Positions 35,877 through 47,177 of a stretch of DNA of 64,000 nucleotides are shown here, piece after piece (position 1 is the stretch's first letter; each line of letters starts with the position of its first letter). The stretch is from Fimbriosthenelais zetlandica (taxonomy: Eukaryota). Both the position numbers and the translations under genes were made by a program. Under the pieces are notes generated by a model, which saw nothing but the letters and a program-made list of their open reading frames with translations, was not told the DNA's origin and made no database searches. The DNA lies in NCBI GenBank assembly GCA_977030845.1, contig OZ365116.1, positions 14,198,001-14,262,000 on the forward strand. Reading direction: 5' to 3'.

Positions 35877-38800
35877 GTACATAATGGGCGATTATAAAGC
35901 AATATGAGGATTATAGGGGCCATGTTGTCAGACCCCCTAAGGATTTATACCACTCCAGGGTAAAGCTAGGCGGCGTAAAGCAGCAGTTAACTGACAAGTT
36001 AATAATACTGTTATATCTGACACGGCTTCACATTACACAATCATCCTAACAATGGGACATAATTTGCGGGGATATAGGCAGGCGTTCAGTAAGAGGAAAT
36101 TGGGATGAGGAGGGGATGTTTTCATATCATGATGCCAATACGGGAGAGAGAGAGGGTTGTGTTGACTCGATTAAGTGTCACAGCCAGCATGGAGGAACTG
36201 GTGACTTCTGTATAACAGATGTAAAATGAGCGAATATACTGAGATGGCCAGATGTGCGAGAGAAGAATGGAATCCCCTCAGATGTGACAGAGTTCATTGA
36301 ACCAGAACAGGGGCGTGGTTGACCAGAAATATTTAAATGAATACAAGGTCATATGAGGGTTTGTTATACCAGGTACAAGGGCTATCCGTTAGGACATCAA
36401 GGGCTTTAATTTAAAACCCACATACTCGCCCCTGGTCAAGAGTATCGGTTAGGTAACATGGGTGGAATATTTCAACAATTTAAGCTAAATTTAGATCTGG
36501 TCCTCAAAGTTGCATTAAACTGCCATTAGAGTTCATTTAAATACAAAGGTAATGTAAATGGAGTAGTGTAAGAGCAGATAATGATCAAATGGAAACGCAG
36601 GCATAACAAACGATGGGTGGACCACCCCTGGAATCACTCCAATATATCCAAGGGTGGGCTACATGAAATGACAGCCATGTTTTAAAATGACGCATAAATA
36701 ACGGCACGCTCCATGACTGGGGCCTCAGATGATATCTTAACTTTTATAGTGCGCTGAATCAGACAATACACCCTCCATTATTACTTGATCCTTTATCTAA
36801 ATTGGATTCAAAAGGTCCATCTGAGGCTTGATATAAATCAGCTAAAAAAACTATGGCAGTTTTAACCCTTCAATTAAAAGTCCGCATCAGATACGGGAGG
36901 GGTTTAGTAGCGGTTAATATCTAGATGGAATGACAATTGTATAGTGTAATATTGAGATTTATTTCACTAACTGACATGGAATGACAGTTATTGGACGGGT
37001 ATCTGGGATATTAGCCACTAACCCATACGCCCCAGTTACATAAATCAGTGTGTAATCAGCCAGGCTGGTTTAACCCACTGACAAATGTACCAGAGCAGGC
37101 TGTCTAAATGACAAGACAGGGAATTATACTTTATGATTTATTTGGTGGATTCATCAGCTTTTGAAACAAAGAATCATAAAGATTCATTTCGCTATGCAGA
37201 TGGCTTTCATGAATTGGTCAGTTCACACCTCGTGTGAAATCAGAGAATGGTTTTATAGTACATCTATAGGTTTTCACTCCTCATTCATTACACTAGATGG
37301 TCACAACCCTACACCCATCACAATCAATGTCCAGGGCGAGTACAGCTGTGCTTGACCACTTGACCAATCGACCAGACAGTGGCTGTCCAAACAATGAGCA
37401 CCCACACTGATGGTAGAGGGAGAATCAGACCATGGCTCTGACCAGAGACTGGACAGGGGATCCATGAAGCAGAGCAATTGACCATTGGTCAACGGAAAGG
37501 TAATCTGTTGGTGGTCCAATGCCCCTGTATATATATTATATCAAGGATTTTTTTCCTGATAAAAGTATAAGTCAAGAAACCCAATGCAAACTGTAATGGT
37601 CAATTGTTAAATGTTTACTACGATTTCCTTGGCACCAATCAAATGTAGTTATAAGAGTTTCTTTTGTGAGATGGAATGTGCAGTGGGAACGTCCAGCTGA
37701 CAAAACCTTAACATGAAATCCTGTCTTCCCTTGCCATTTTAGGAGGTTTTTTCACAGGGTTTTTTCTAGGCCAACAAATCTAAAACAGGTTGCTTGGAGA
37801 AGGGTAATTTTTCTCCCAGGGACTACTTGAGATTCTCTGGCATGTATTTCTTTCGGATAATGGTCATAAAAGGTGTGTATGAAGATGGGGTAGAGAGTTC
37901 ACAAAAGAGAACTTCAGTGAGGTTAATTAGGTGTGACAACAGAGAATTAAGTCACTAGAACAGAGGGGCGGGACCGGTGAGTCATTCTTACACAATTGAG
38001 CTTTTTTTTGTAACTAAGTTGGGATGTTTCACTCTATGCGTGTCTGGATCATGCCAAAATGGAAAGGGCAATGGGAGATTGTACAAGAACAATTCTTATA
38101 TCAAATTTATGCACTTATATGACTGGAGATCCTTCGGCTAAGTACCCATCCCTTTGCCATAGTCCAATAGCTCTATTTGTAAAACAAGGATGTATGTTCA
38201 CATAAATTACATTTAGAGCATCTGAACTGGAACCTCAATGACCAAGCACTGTTTCTTCAAATCTCGAGAATGATATTAGACTAGACCAACCAATCCATCT
38301 GTGAAATTGCAAGCTGTCAATTCAAAAAAGCCCTTCTATTTCTAGAATGGCCAAGAGGAGAGAGAGATCCCATCACATAATGAAGGTTTTTTTGTTGGTC
38401 AGAGGGTGCTAGGTTTACACCGCGTCTTGCAGATTGCATTGAATTTCAGGGCTGGCTCGCCCTTAATTCCAACATTCTGTTTTGTGGACCCATCTCGACC
38501 AACTCATTCAGTGCTCTATTCCGAGCACAGAGCACACTCCCTTAAGCCTTGTTTTTCGAATACTTAACAGGAATATTTTAAGGGAAAATGTGCATGAGTG
38601 ACCTACTCAGAAGCTATCACGGCCTACTAAATCAGAGCTGGGATGTATGGGGCGCTATAGAGTGACCATATAACGTTTTACAGCCCATGTGTGGGGAGTG
38701 GTGTTAGTGGCTTTCATTTGATAATGTGTAAGGTTAAGAGCTGTATAAGTCTGTCCCACTAACACACCCACTCTCTCCTATTTCCCTGGAGAATTAAAGG

Positions 38801-38923
38801 TTTAAAGGCTGAATACTACACTGGTGTCTATACCCAGGTATAGCCTGGTGATAGTGTGAGACTATCCTACACCAGATACACATTTCCATCTACTACTATT
38901 TTGTTTCAGGGGGCAAGTTTTTA

Positions 38924-38962
38924 AAATTAAAGTTTTTCGTTGGGAAATTAAAGTTTTTCGTT
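38924..38962 (+). repeat. 18-bp direct repeat
   Basis: aaattaaagtttttcgtt at 38924-38941 and 38945-38962. Confidence 0.85.
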
Positions 38963-39496
38963 ACGAAATAAAGGAAAATGACATAGGCTAGCCTAACAGT
39001 GGCGAGGGTAGAACAGATGGTGCGAAAGTGGATAAAATCTCCAGCCTCATGGTCATCATTCCATACATAACAACTTGAGTCAATCTATCTTAAGCAAAAA
39101 ATCAAATATTTGACCCGTTTGAACTCCCTTTAAGTCTCCTCAACAAAACAGCATCAAATCAACACTAATCAAATCTAAATCATCTTCTAAACCAGATTCC
39201 GTTCTGCATGACTGAACCTCTCCCTTAAACTCGATAAAATTATGACAAGCTTCTTCGCTGGGCCATAAATAATTCCACTTCATTAAGATATTTACTAATG
39301 CCATTTAGAGTTGCCAACCAAGCATGGAACTGTCACCTAATCAAATCACACGTAGCTAAGGTCCTCGGGGAGGCCCTCACACAGCTAATGCCCTTATCAC
39401 ACCCCCATCTGGCGGGCCCTCGGATAACCAGGCTTTTTCGGGGGGTGCCCACACAATTGTATTCTTGTGAGTGGCTCAAGTGTGAAAGGCGCTTAC

Positions 39497-39622
39497 CAAT
39501 GGAGCAGCTCCCATTGGGTCAGGGGTAAAACGGCGGGGCTTGAAAGTGGGGGGAATTAGCTGAACATGATGTCCGAGTTGTACATGCTGTGGCTCATTGT
39601 TGTCAACATCAAAGGAAAACTC
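39497..39622 (-). CDS. Probable 126-nt phase 0-0 coding exon (EFSFDVDNNEPQHVQLGHHVQLIPPTFKPRRFTPDPMGAAPL), unidentified
   Basis: Acceptor gcttctcctctgttag and donor TTG|gtaagc. Only the phase-0 frame is open end to end, and the length is a multiple of 3. Confidence 0.55.
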
Positions 39623-39956
39623 CTAACAGAGGAGAAGCATTTTCAATGATTTCTGACACAAAACTGTTTAAAACACAAATGATTTGAGGTAAAGTGGAGT
39701 CTGGAAAAGTAGACTGGTCATATGCTTATTGCGGTTAGCTGCGGTTATTGGCCATGTTGTATTGATCTGGCCGTTTTCCATGCACGGCCTTTGCCGTCAG
39801 TCCGTCAGAGTGACAGACCATTCACATGGACTCACATCAAAGTAAAGGTTGAAACCTTAGCCTTTAAAGCCTTGAGTTGCTCAGGAAACAAGGTGCCCGT
39901 GACCTGCTCGCCTGGCTGGCCACCGATCCATAACCCCCGAGGGCAGGCAGGCTTAC

Positions 39957-39998
39957 GTTCAGTGAGGGGGCAGCAGCGGCACGCCTTATAACCCTCAT
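39957..39998 (-). CDS. Candidate first coding exon (MRVIRRAAAAPSLN); exon acceptor at 40004
   Basis: Acceptor atttttctgtcatgccattcaag, ATG at 39998, donor AAC|gtaagc. In phase with exon 39622-39497 and just downstream of the promoter-like site at 40.24 kb. Confidence 0.3.
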
Positions 39999-40233
39999 GT
40001 GCTTCTTGAATGGCATGACAGAAAAATAGGCAAATTTACCATTGTTCTCAGACCACTAAAAGTCCCCTCTGGCCCGCTCTTACTTCTTTACCTATAGACA
40101 TGAGCAACTGTTCCTTCCAAGCCAGCCCAATCATCGATGGTCATTCGTCAAACAACTGTCTTTAGTTGTAAGTTGGTTTCACTTTGTGTAAATCGTACAT
40201 CTTCCTCTTACAATACAGACCTCACTAATCCAT

Positions 40234-40270
40234 CACGTTTACTGCGCATGTTCCGCCGGAAGTAAGCATG
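40234..40270. promoter_or_regulatory. Promoter-like NRF1 plus ETS pair
   Basis: ACTGCGCATGT at 40241-40251 followed by CCGGAAGT at 40256-40263. This pairing is typical of housekeeping or bidirectional promoters. Confidence 0.5.
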
Positions 40271-40309
40271 TGATTGAGAGGGCCTCCAACAGAGGGCCTT
40301 CTTATACAA

Positions 40310-40450
40310 GACGCTCACCATGCATAGAGGGGGCGACGCTTACCATGCATAGATGGGGCGACGCTTACCATGCATAGATGAGGCGACGCTTACCATGCAT
40401 AGAGGCGACGCTAACTGACGCTCACCATGCATAGAGGGGGCGACGCTAAC
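40310..40450 (+). repeat. 25-bp CpG-rich minisatellite, 5 units plus 2 partial
   Basis: gacgct(c/t)accatgcataga(g/t)g(g/a)ggc at 40310, 40335, 40360, 40385 (22 nt) and 40417. Partial gacgctaac at 40407 and 40442. Confidence 0.95.
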
Positions 40451-43400
40451 GTTAAGTCACTTAGAATGAGCGGCATGGTAAAGATAGAACAAATAGAATC
40501 ACCGCCCTTAGATAAAACATAGAAAGAGTCGGGAGAATTAAATAAAACATGATTGTGATGGCATTGGGACTGGTTGGTCGTGATTTATCATATCTGACAG
40601 GCATTCATTGGTTGTAACAATAAAGATTGCATTACAATAGATAAAGATGGACGAGGGGCCTTAAACTCGTTTGTCATGAACATACGGGCAGACTGTTCAA
40701 ATAGACATGAATGGCGAATCATTGCGTTAAAATAGATAAAACAAAAAATCTATAATAAAAAAATGATACTATCGAGTGGAATGGTACCCACGGGATTGCT
40801 ATATTCGATTACGTTTTATCTTTTTATTGTTTGTCATCTAGCTGTAATTTGACTCCGACAGTTGGGACAAAAAATTAATTTTCAGTTGGGAGTTGGAATG
40901 AAGGGCAAATAAGCAGAGCTGGCACCTAATCAAGTGACAGTTTTTCTGGGGTATTGAGTGCGCAGATGACGATCAGTAAATTGAATTCACATAGAAGGCA
41001 CCAACCTATTCATGAGATGAACTTAATTTTTTGTCCTAATACATACGTGTGCTCATGTTAAAACAAATAAAATACACACGAGGAGAGAGTGCTTCATTAA
41101 TCATGTGACTGGCATCAACATATTTCATTATATTCCTCCATACATGAAACTCCAAATGACTTAGTGCGGTATTCATTCATGAAGGGTACCATATCTAACC
41201 CAGTTGGTGATTTATTCCCAACCCTCTCCCCATCCATATGCCGGGCGGTAAAACCCATTACCTTACCCATATTTCAACAATTTGTCTGGACTGTCTCATC
41301 GACCACATTCTCTAATAAATATTTAATGTCGCCAGTATAACGGTGGAGAGTTGGTAAATAGATTTTCAATGGCGGAGGAAGGACTTGGTTGGGTGTATGT
41401 TTAGTAGGAGGAGTGTCGATAGGGAATGAGAGGTATTGACTTGCTGGCTCCCTCTACGATGACACAGCCGTACATCTCGCGAGATATCGATCCCCTACGA
41501 GAGAGGAAGATCAAAGAGAGTGTGGTAAGGGAGAGGGAGATGAGGGGTAGGCTCGTATCGATAGGCTATCGATATGTAGGGCGTGGACGATGGGAAAGGA
41601 ATGGGCGAGGAATACTTGACCAAAAGGAGGAAACTTTATAAAAGTCTAGATGAGAAAAAATAAGGGAGAATGTATTATGTTAAATAGGGGAGCTTGAGAA
41701 GGACTTCTAGGAATGATTTCTTGTCTGGTTTGGGGTTCCTAGGTTCCTAGGTCCATGGACGACTTCAATGAGTTGCTCTTGTGTTTTTCCTCTCCATTAA
41801 AGTGCATTGTCAGCTGATGCTATTCAAGGGTTATTAGGCTGTTTATATACATGACCAAGGCTAGGCTATTGATTAGGCTGGGGAGGGGTGGGGGTGAATG
41901 GTGGAGGATTATAGAAAGACTAAATGTGACTTCAAGGTAACATCTCAGATCAATAACAAGCAAACATGAGCTGCCTTTTGTTTTCTCCCCCTGAAATAAC
42001 CACATTCACCTGCATTTGAGATAAATTAGACGATGCCACTGGATACCAAATGTAGATCTAAGTATATTCAAGGGCAAACTCCGGTCAATATCTGTCGGGT
42101 TTGGAGTGTATTTCCAGCTTGGGAGTTCAATATCGCACACTTTAAATCTTCCACAGTCGTCCAATAACACTCTTCTTAATGCCATTGATTCTTAATTTGC
42201 AATTCTTGCAATCGGCTGAAGAGGTATTAGAGAGAGGAGGCAGTAAAGAAGCCTGTGTGTGGAGGGTGAAGGCAGGACTGTGTGGCTATTCATGCAATAT
42301 TGAGTAGAGCAGGGACATGTTGGTGGAGATAGAGGGAGTGGATGATACTCGTAGATTAACGGTAGGATTACCTATTCATGGAATACTCAACGCCCATGTC
42401 ACGCCTGTCACAGTGTCCGACACACAGACAGACAAAATCTACAAACTCACCTATCAGTGTATACTGGTCAAGCTGGGGGAGAATGGGCGGGGTAGAGGGG
42501 TGGGTGATATGGTCAGCTTCTCACTATTACCAAGAATAGCAGAGTAACTTGCTATTACATTCATGGGAGAAAGGTAAATGAGAAGTAACCAAAATGGAGC
42601 AAAATTCTAGACTTAGATTCAGAAATTGGCTCTTATGAGAGGAATATTTATATTGTTCTTCCATGGTAGAGAAGAAAATGATTCCTCTTCTACAAATGAA
42701 TGCATGGAAGATGCAAGATTTTTTTTCTAAAGATGCACTGCTTGAAACACAGTTTAGCTTTAAAGTGTTAAGTTGGTTGGGGATGAGTGAGGGATTAAAG
42801 AAATCAACATCTCGACGGACGATCTGCCCACAGTACAACAAAAACTGTCCATTCATGCTAAACCAGCTTCACAAGCTTAGCGGAAGTAGGGTAAAGGCTT
42901 TACTGGAAGTGGGTCAGAGGCTCAAAGGAAGTGTTTCGGTTAATACTTGGTGGCCCTTTTATGCCATTTCACTATGACAGTTCAATAAATTTTGCAGTAT
43001 AAATTACAAGAGATATCTCTTTATATCCAACTCGACAACATTGTGGATAGAATCATGTCTTCCCACCCCCACACCTGTCCTGGTCTATAATAGTCGACCC
43101 TCAGGTAGTGGAAGGTAAATTAGATTTAGAAAGCGCTCGGCATGGAGGGACAACAGAACAGGGGGAAGGCTAAACGTTTAAATGCCACCAACTGTTAACA
43201 CAATGTTTGCTGCCCCACCGCTGCCCCTCTTTTGGGGCTTCTGCTTCTTTCTCCCGTTAGGGGGCGTTGTTATTGCATGTGGAACTCGTTTCTGATTGGT
43301 TGTTTGATCAGGAGGCCCAGGTTTCACATCTTGTATTTTGAAGGTCACTCTATGACTTGAGTGAGAGAGAAGCTCTCTTAAACACATCATGTAAATTGCT

Positions 43401-44366
43401 GAGTGTTTTGGGAGATGCCACTCCATGATTGAAAAACAAATCTTGATGCACAGAAATGGCAGATATGATTAGCTGAGAAAATGGTATAAGGATTCAGATC
43501 TGGATATAACAAATGGACCAGCACAAGAGGTGAGGCATTCCAGAGGCCTTCTCCCTGGCTTACTCTAGGAACGATTCAGCCAAGTTTCCACACATTTTGT
43601 GAGCATCATACTAGGTTCCCTGCTAAGAAAGTTTACCAATGGGAGATCCTCACCCTGGATGCCCTCAGAAGCCAGGCTCAAAATAATGTTATATCCTGAA
43701 TCAGTATAAAAGATTGGGATACAAATGAACTACTGTATATTCAAATGATCATACTGCTGAACAGATCAGTGAATAGAGTCCATCTACAAGTTATTTTTTC
43801 CGCCAGAGAGTAATGTTATCTGGTGCTCGGGGCTTGGAGTACTGCACTTAAATCAAAATACTCTAAATAAACATGGTCTATAGTGGCATGCATTAGCAGC
43901 AGGAAGTCGGGGTTTACTAATTCACAGCTTCATGTTGAGAATACACACAAGGTTCACAAATCGAAAAATGATTTGTCAACCAACTAAAAACGAGGGGATC
44001 TTAGGAAAGTTTGAACTGGGCAGGGGGATGGTAATTATGGTATAGATGGACAGTCTGTTTTCTGTCCAGGGCCTGGGTGATCTCATACGTGAGCTACTGT
44101 GAGCTACTCGGGAGCAGATCAAACCCTGGAAGCAAGTCACCCGTCAATGGAAAGTATCACTAAAGGAATATCCCAATCATTGAAGGGGAAAGTATATATA
44201 TACTGGATGAAGTATCAAATCTTCTAAATACATCTCCAATCATCAAATGACCTTTTGAACCTTCAATCATCCATTAGCATTACTGATATCTGGGATAGAA
44301 CATCCTCCAGATATGTGGATTCAAATCACCTTCCTGATTTACTGCCAGACGATCATGATCCCGGAT

Positions 44367-44530
44367 ATTACGTCATCACCTTCCAACCTAACCCATCGTT
44401 TCTCACCTTAATGAGTGAAGAGTTCCACCGCCTGTTCCAGCCCTGTTACAGTCTGACAGCAACCACGCCCTCACGGCATTTAATGAGACGAGCACCCACG
44501 TGACTAGCACGTGGCTCGCGTGCCCATGTG
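44367..44530. promoter_or_regulatory. bZIP site plus tandem E-box cluster
   Basis: ATTACGTCAT at 44367-44376; CACGTG at 44497-44502 and 44508-44513; CGCGTG at 44517-44522; CATGTG immediately after. Confidence 0.45.
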
Positions 44531-45376
44531 AGAGACAGTGCAGTGTTAGAGGCTGGCCGATAGGGGAGCTAGTGGCGGAGAGTAGGGTATGTAATTAACA
44601 ATGATTGATGGTAGGGTGGGTAGAGTCACTCACCAGTCATTGATAGTTTGGTATTTAAGTAGTTCTCAGAACTAACTGAAGGCGGAGAATGGTCAAGGAT
44701 CTTGTATGCAATTTGCCCAGTTCCAGGCACCTATACCAAGGATAGTAGAGTTACTAGAGTATCCTTGCTTATACTTGTACACGATTCTCTCCCTCCCGCC
44801 AACCCTACCCCAGAATCTTAGACTCTTTGAAGTAAAGTACAGGATTGGTTCCAGGTTTACTCTAGTTGAGTATAGATGAGTTGTAGTCTATATTGGAGGT
44901 GATAAGGAATGAGATAGTGAGGAGTGGTGGAGCATGTTCACATTACATGCCTCAGTGTAAGACCAGCCTATACATATACCTCATCTATCATGCAGGTTTA
45001 CAATAATCACAAGCCTGTAATGTTAGATCAACACTGGAGGCCAAGCCGAGGTCAACTGTGAGGTCACCTTTACAAGATTAAAGGTCAGCTATAGGGGATC
45101 CATGGTCTGTGAAGAAGGCCTCTCAAAGTATGGACGATTACATTAAGAATGTTTTATCAAACATCTAAGAGATTATACTTCAAATTTCTAGAATAAACAG
45201 ATAGAAAGTATCTCTAAATTCGTAATAATTTTATAATTCTCCAGTTTCCTTCAATCATCATTTGGCTGTCAGTCAATAATCGAAGCAATATCTAAATTAA
45301 TGAGTGAAAGAAGACCCGGGAGAAGACCCCCCATCTGGTAATGTTACACCATAGCGGGCCATCCAGCATAACTCTA

Positions 45377-45446
45377 TCACGTCCCCCAACGTCAGGACGT
45401 CAAGGTCACGTGCTCAATACGTCAGGTCACGTGGGCTCCACGTCAG
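45377..45446. promoter_or_regulatory. Dense ACGT-core cluster (5 ACGTC half-CRE-like sites and 2 GTCACGTG E-boxes)
   Basis: Seven ACGT cores in about 70 bp, at 45379, 45389, 45397, 45408, 45419, 45429 and 45440, in a CpG-poor background. Confidence 0.6.
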
Positions 45447-46799
45447 ATTGCATCTGGTAATAAATAATCCATGGTATTACAAGAGGATGACAATAAAATT
45501 GGATAGAGAACAAGCTGGCAGTAAAATACACATTAAATTCCTTTCATCATTTTTGTTGAATGGGTTAATTGTTTCCGCAGTGTTCCTCAGTAATCCTTCC
45601 TATACATGCCAACATTTAAACATTCATACCATCAGAAGGAAATGGTATATGTACAAATGTTGGAGGGTACGTTTTTGCACTGAAGCATCAAGGCCCAGAG
45701 GGTGTAAGTGTTCCAAATTGAAACTAAGATCTCAAAAGTTAAATATATTTTAGATATTTTTTCAACACTCATCAAAGAATAATTTCTCTCTGACAATCTT
45801 GGCATAGTTGGTCAGACAATAGTAACCTACAATGAGTATCATGGCAGTGCAATCTGTTTATTTCTTCTAATCTTAAACCACCAATATAACCCCAGGCTTT
45901 AAGCCGATTATCATTAAATCATCAGCCTCACATGGTCAAGGACACCCTGGGGACATGCGACCATGAAAATTTGTGTCAACTCTAATCCGAGTTGATCGTG
46001 TATGAGATAATGCTTGGTGGAGTTGGAGCATAACAGCTGCCTTCCATTCTGCTCTGGCATGTAAGTTACCTAATAAATGGTGATTTCAGTTATTGCCAAC
46101 AAAATTACCATTAATATTAGACGTAAACGCCCGTACTTATTTAAAAGTCTGACCATTAAAATAATATTACTATTACTTATCGCGTAGAAGTATATAAGAA
46201 GAGTTGAATTCCTGGTGGAGGAATATTTCAAGGGGAGAGATTTTAAAAACTGACCCAAAGACTTCTGTTATGTCTTGAGTTACACCCTCTCTCCGATGAC
46301 CAAGAACTGACCCTTTTCTGACCAGTGGTCAGAGCCCCTCATGCCGCTCTCCTTACCCACAAGGGGCGGAACTTGAATCTAGCCTGTACTCAATAGGAGT
46401 TAATATTTCTCCCTTAGTGAATATCATTTATAGTAGTGGGTCAGAAAGGCTTCTTCCAAGAGGCATTCTATCAGAAATCTAAAATATGGGCCAGGTCCAA
46501 GAGGGCAGGTTTGATGACCTCTTTGGTGGCATCAGAACAAAAAAAGTGGTTTAAATCACTCCTAATTAAAACGATTTCTTGTGAGAGAAATTAGTTAGTA
46601 ATTAGCAGAGATGGTGAGTGACCAGCTGGTGACCATGGCATGTATAGTGACCGGCTGGCTGGCCGGGCTGGCTGTGATTAGGACCTTGATGATTGGTTCA
46701 TTACTACATTATAATCAGTGAGAGGTGTCTATAGATCAGTCACAAGTGTGAAAGTAACAGCTGGTAAACACTTCTAATCATGGCAGGTCAAATCAATGT

Positions 46800-47177
46800 G
46801 GGAAAGGTGGGGCAATTCAATACATTCATGTATCATTTGATGAATTATGTGTCATGTATTGATGTGTTCAAACGGGGTTAAAATATATTTTGACTGGAAG
46901 ACTATACTTCTTCCAGCACAAACATGCCCCATCTCTCTCCACTCCAGAACACCTATAGCCCCTCTGGTGCACAGAATACAGGATGGGAAAGATGGGTCAA
47001 TTCAATACATTCATGTATGCATTTGATAAATTATATTTCATGTATTGATGTATTAAAATCGGGTTAAAATATGTTTTGACTGGAAGACTACTACTTCCAA
47101 GCAAACCAGCCCCATCTCTCTCTCCTCCAGAACACCTATAGCTCCCTCTGGTGCACAGCGGGGTGCACAGAATACAG
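46800..47177 (+). repeat. Tandem duplication of a 185-bp unit
   Basis: Units start at 46800 and 46985 (gggaaag.tggg.caattcaatacattcatgtat...ttttgactggaagacta...ccccatctctctc...ccagaacacctatagc...ctctggtgcacag). Confidence 0.9.

Noticed and set aside
39836-40004. Longer alternative exon (AHEGYKACRCCPL...KVSTFTL) using the donor at 39835
   Set aside because: Its phase-2 end gives a premature stop when joined to exon 39622-39497. The shorter phase-0 version fits better.
40310-40450. CRISPR-like appearance of the 25-bp repeats (also the 27-bp array at 12808-13063)
   Set aside because: The units are head-to-tail with no unique spacers, there are no cas genes, and the context is eukaryotic. These are minisatellites.
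44255-44503. 82-aa plus-strand ORF with protein-like composition
   Set aside because: Weak splice context and no partner exons. Its CpGs are better explained by the bZIP and E-box motifs it overlaps.
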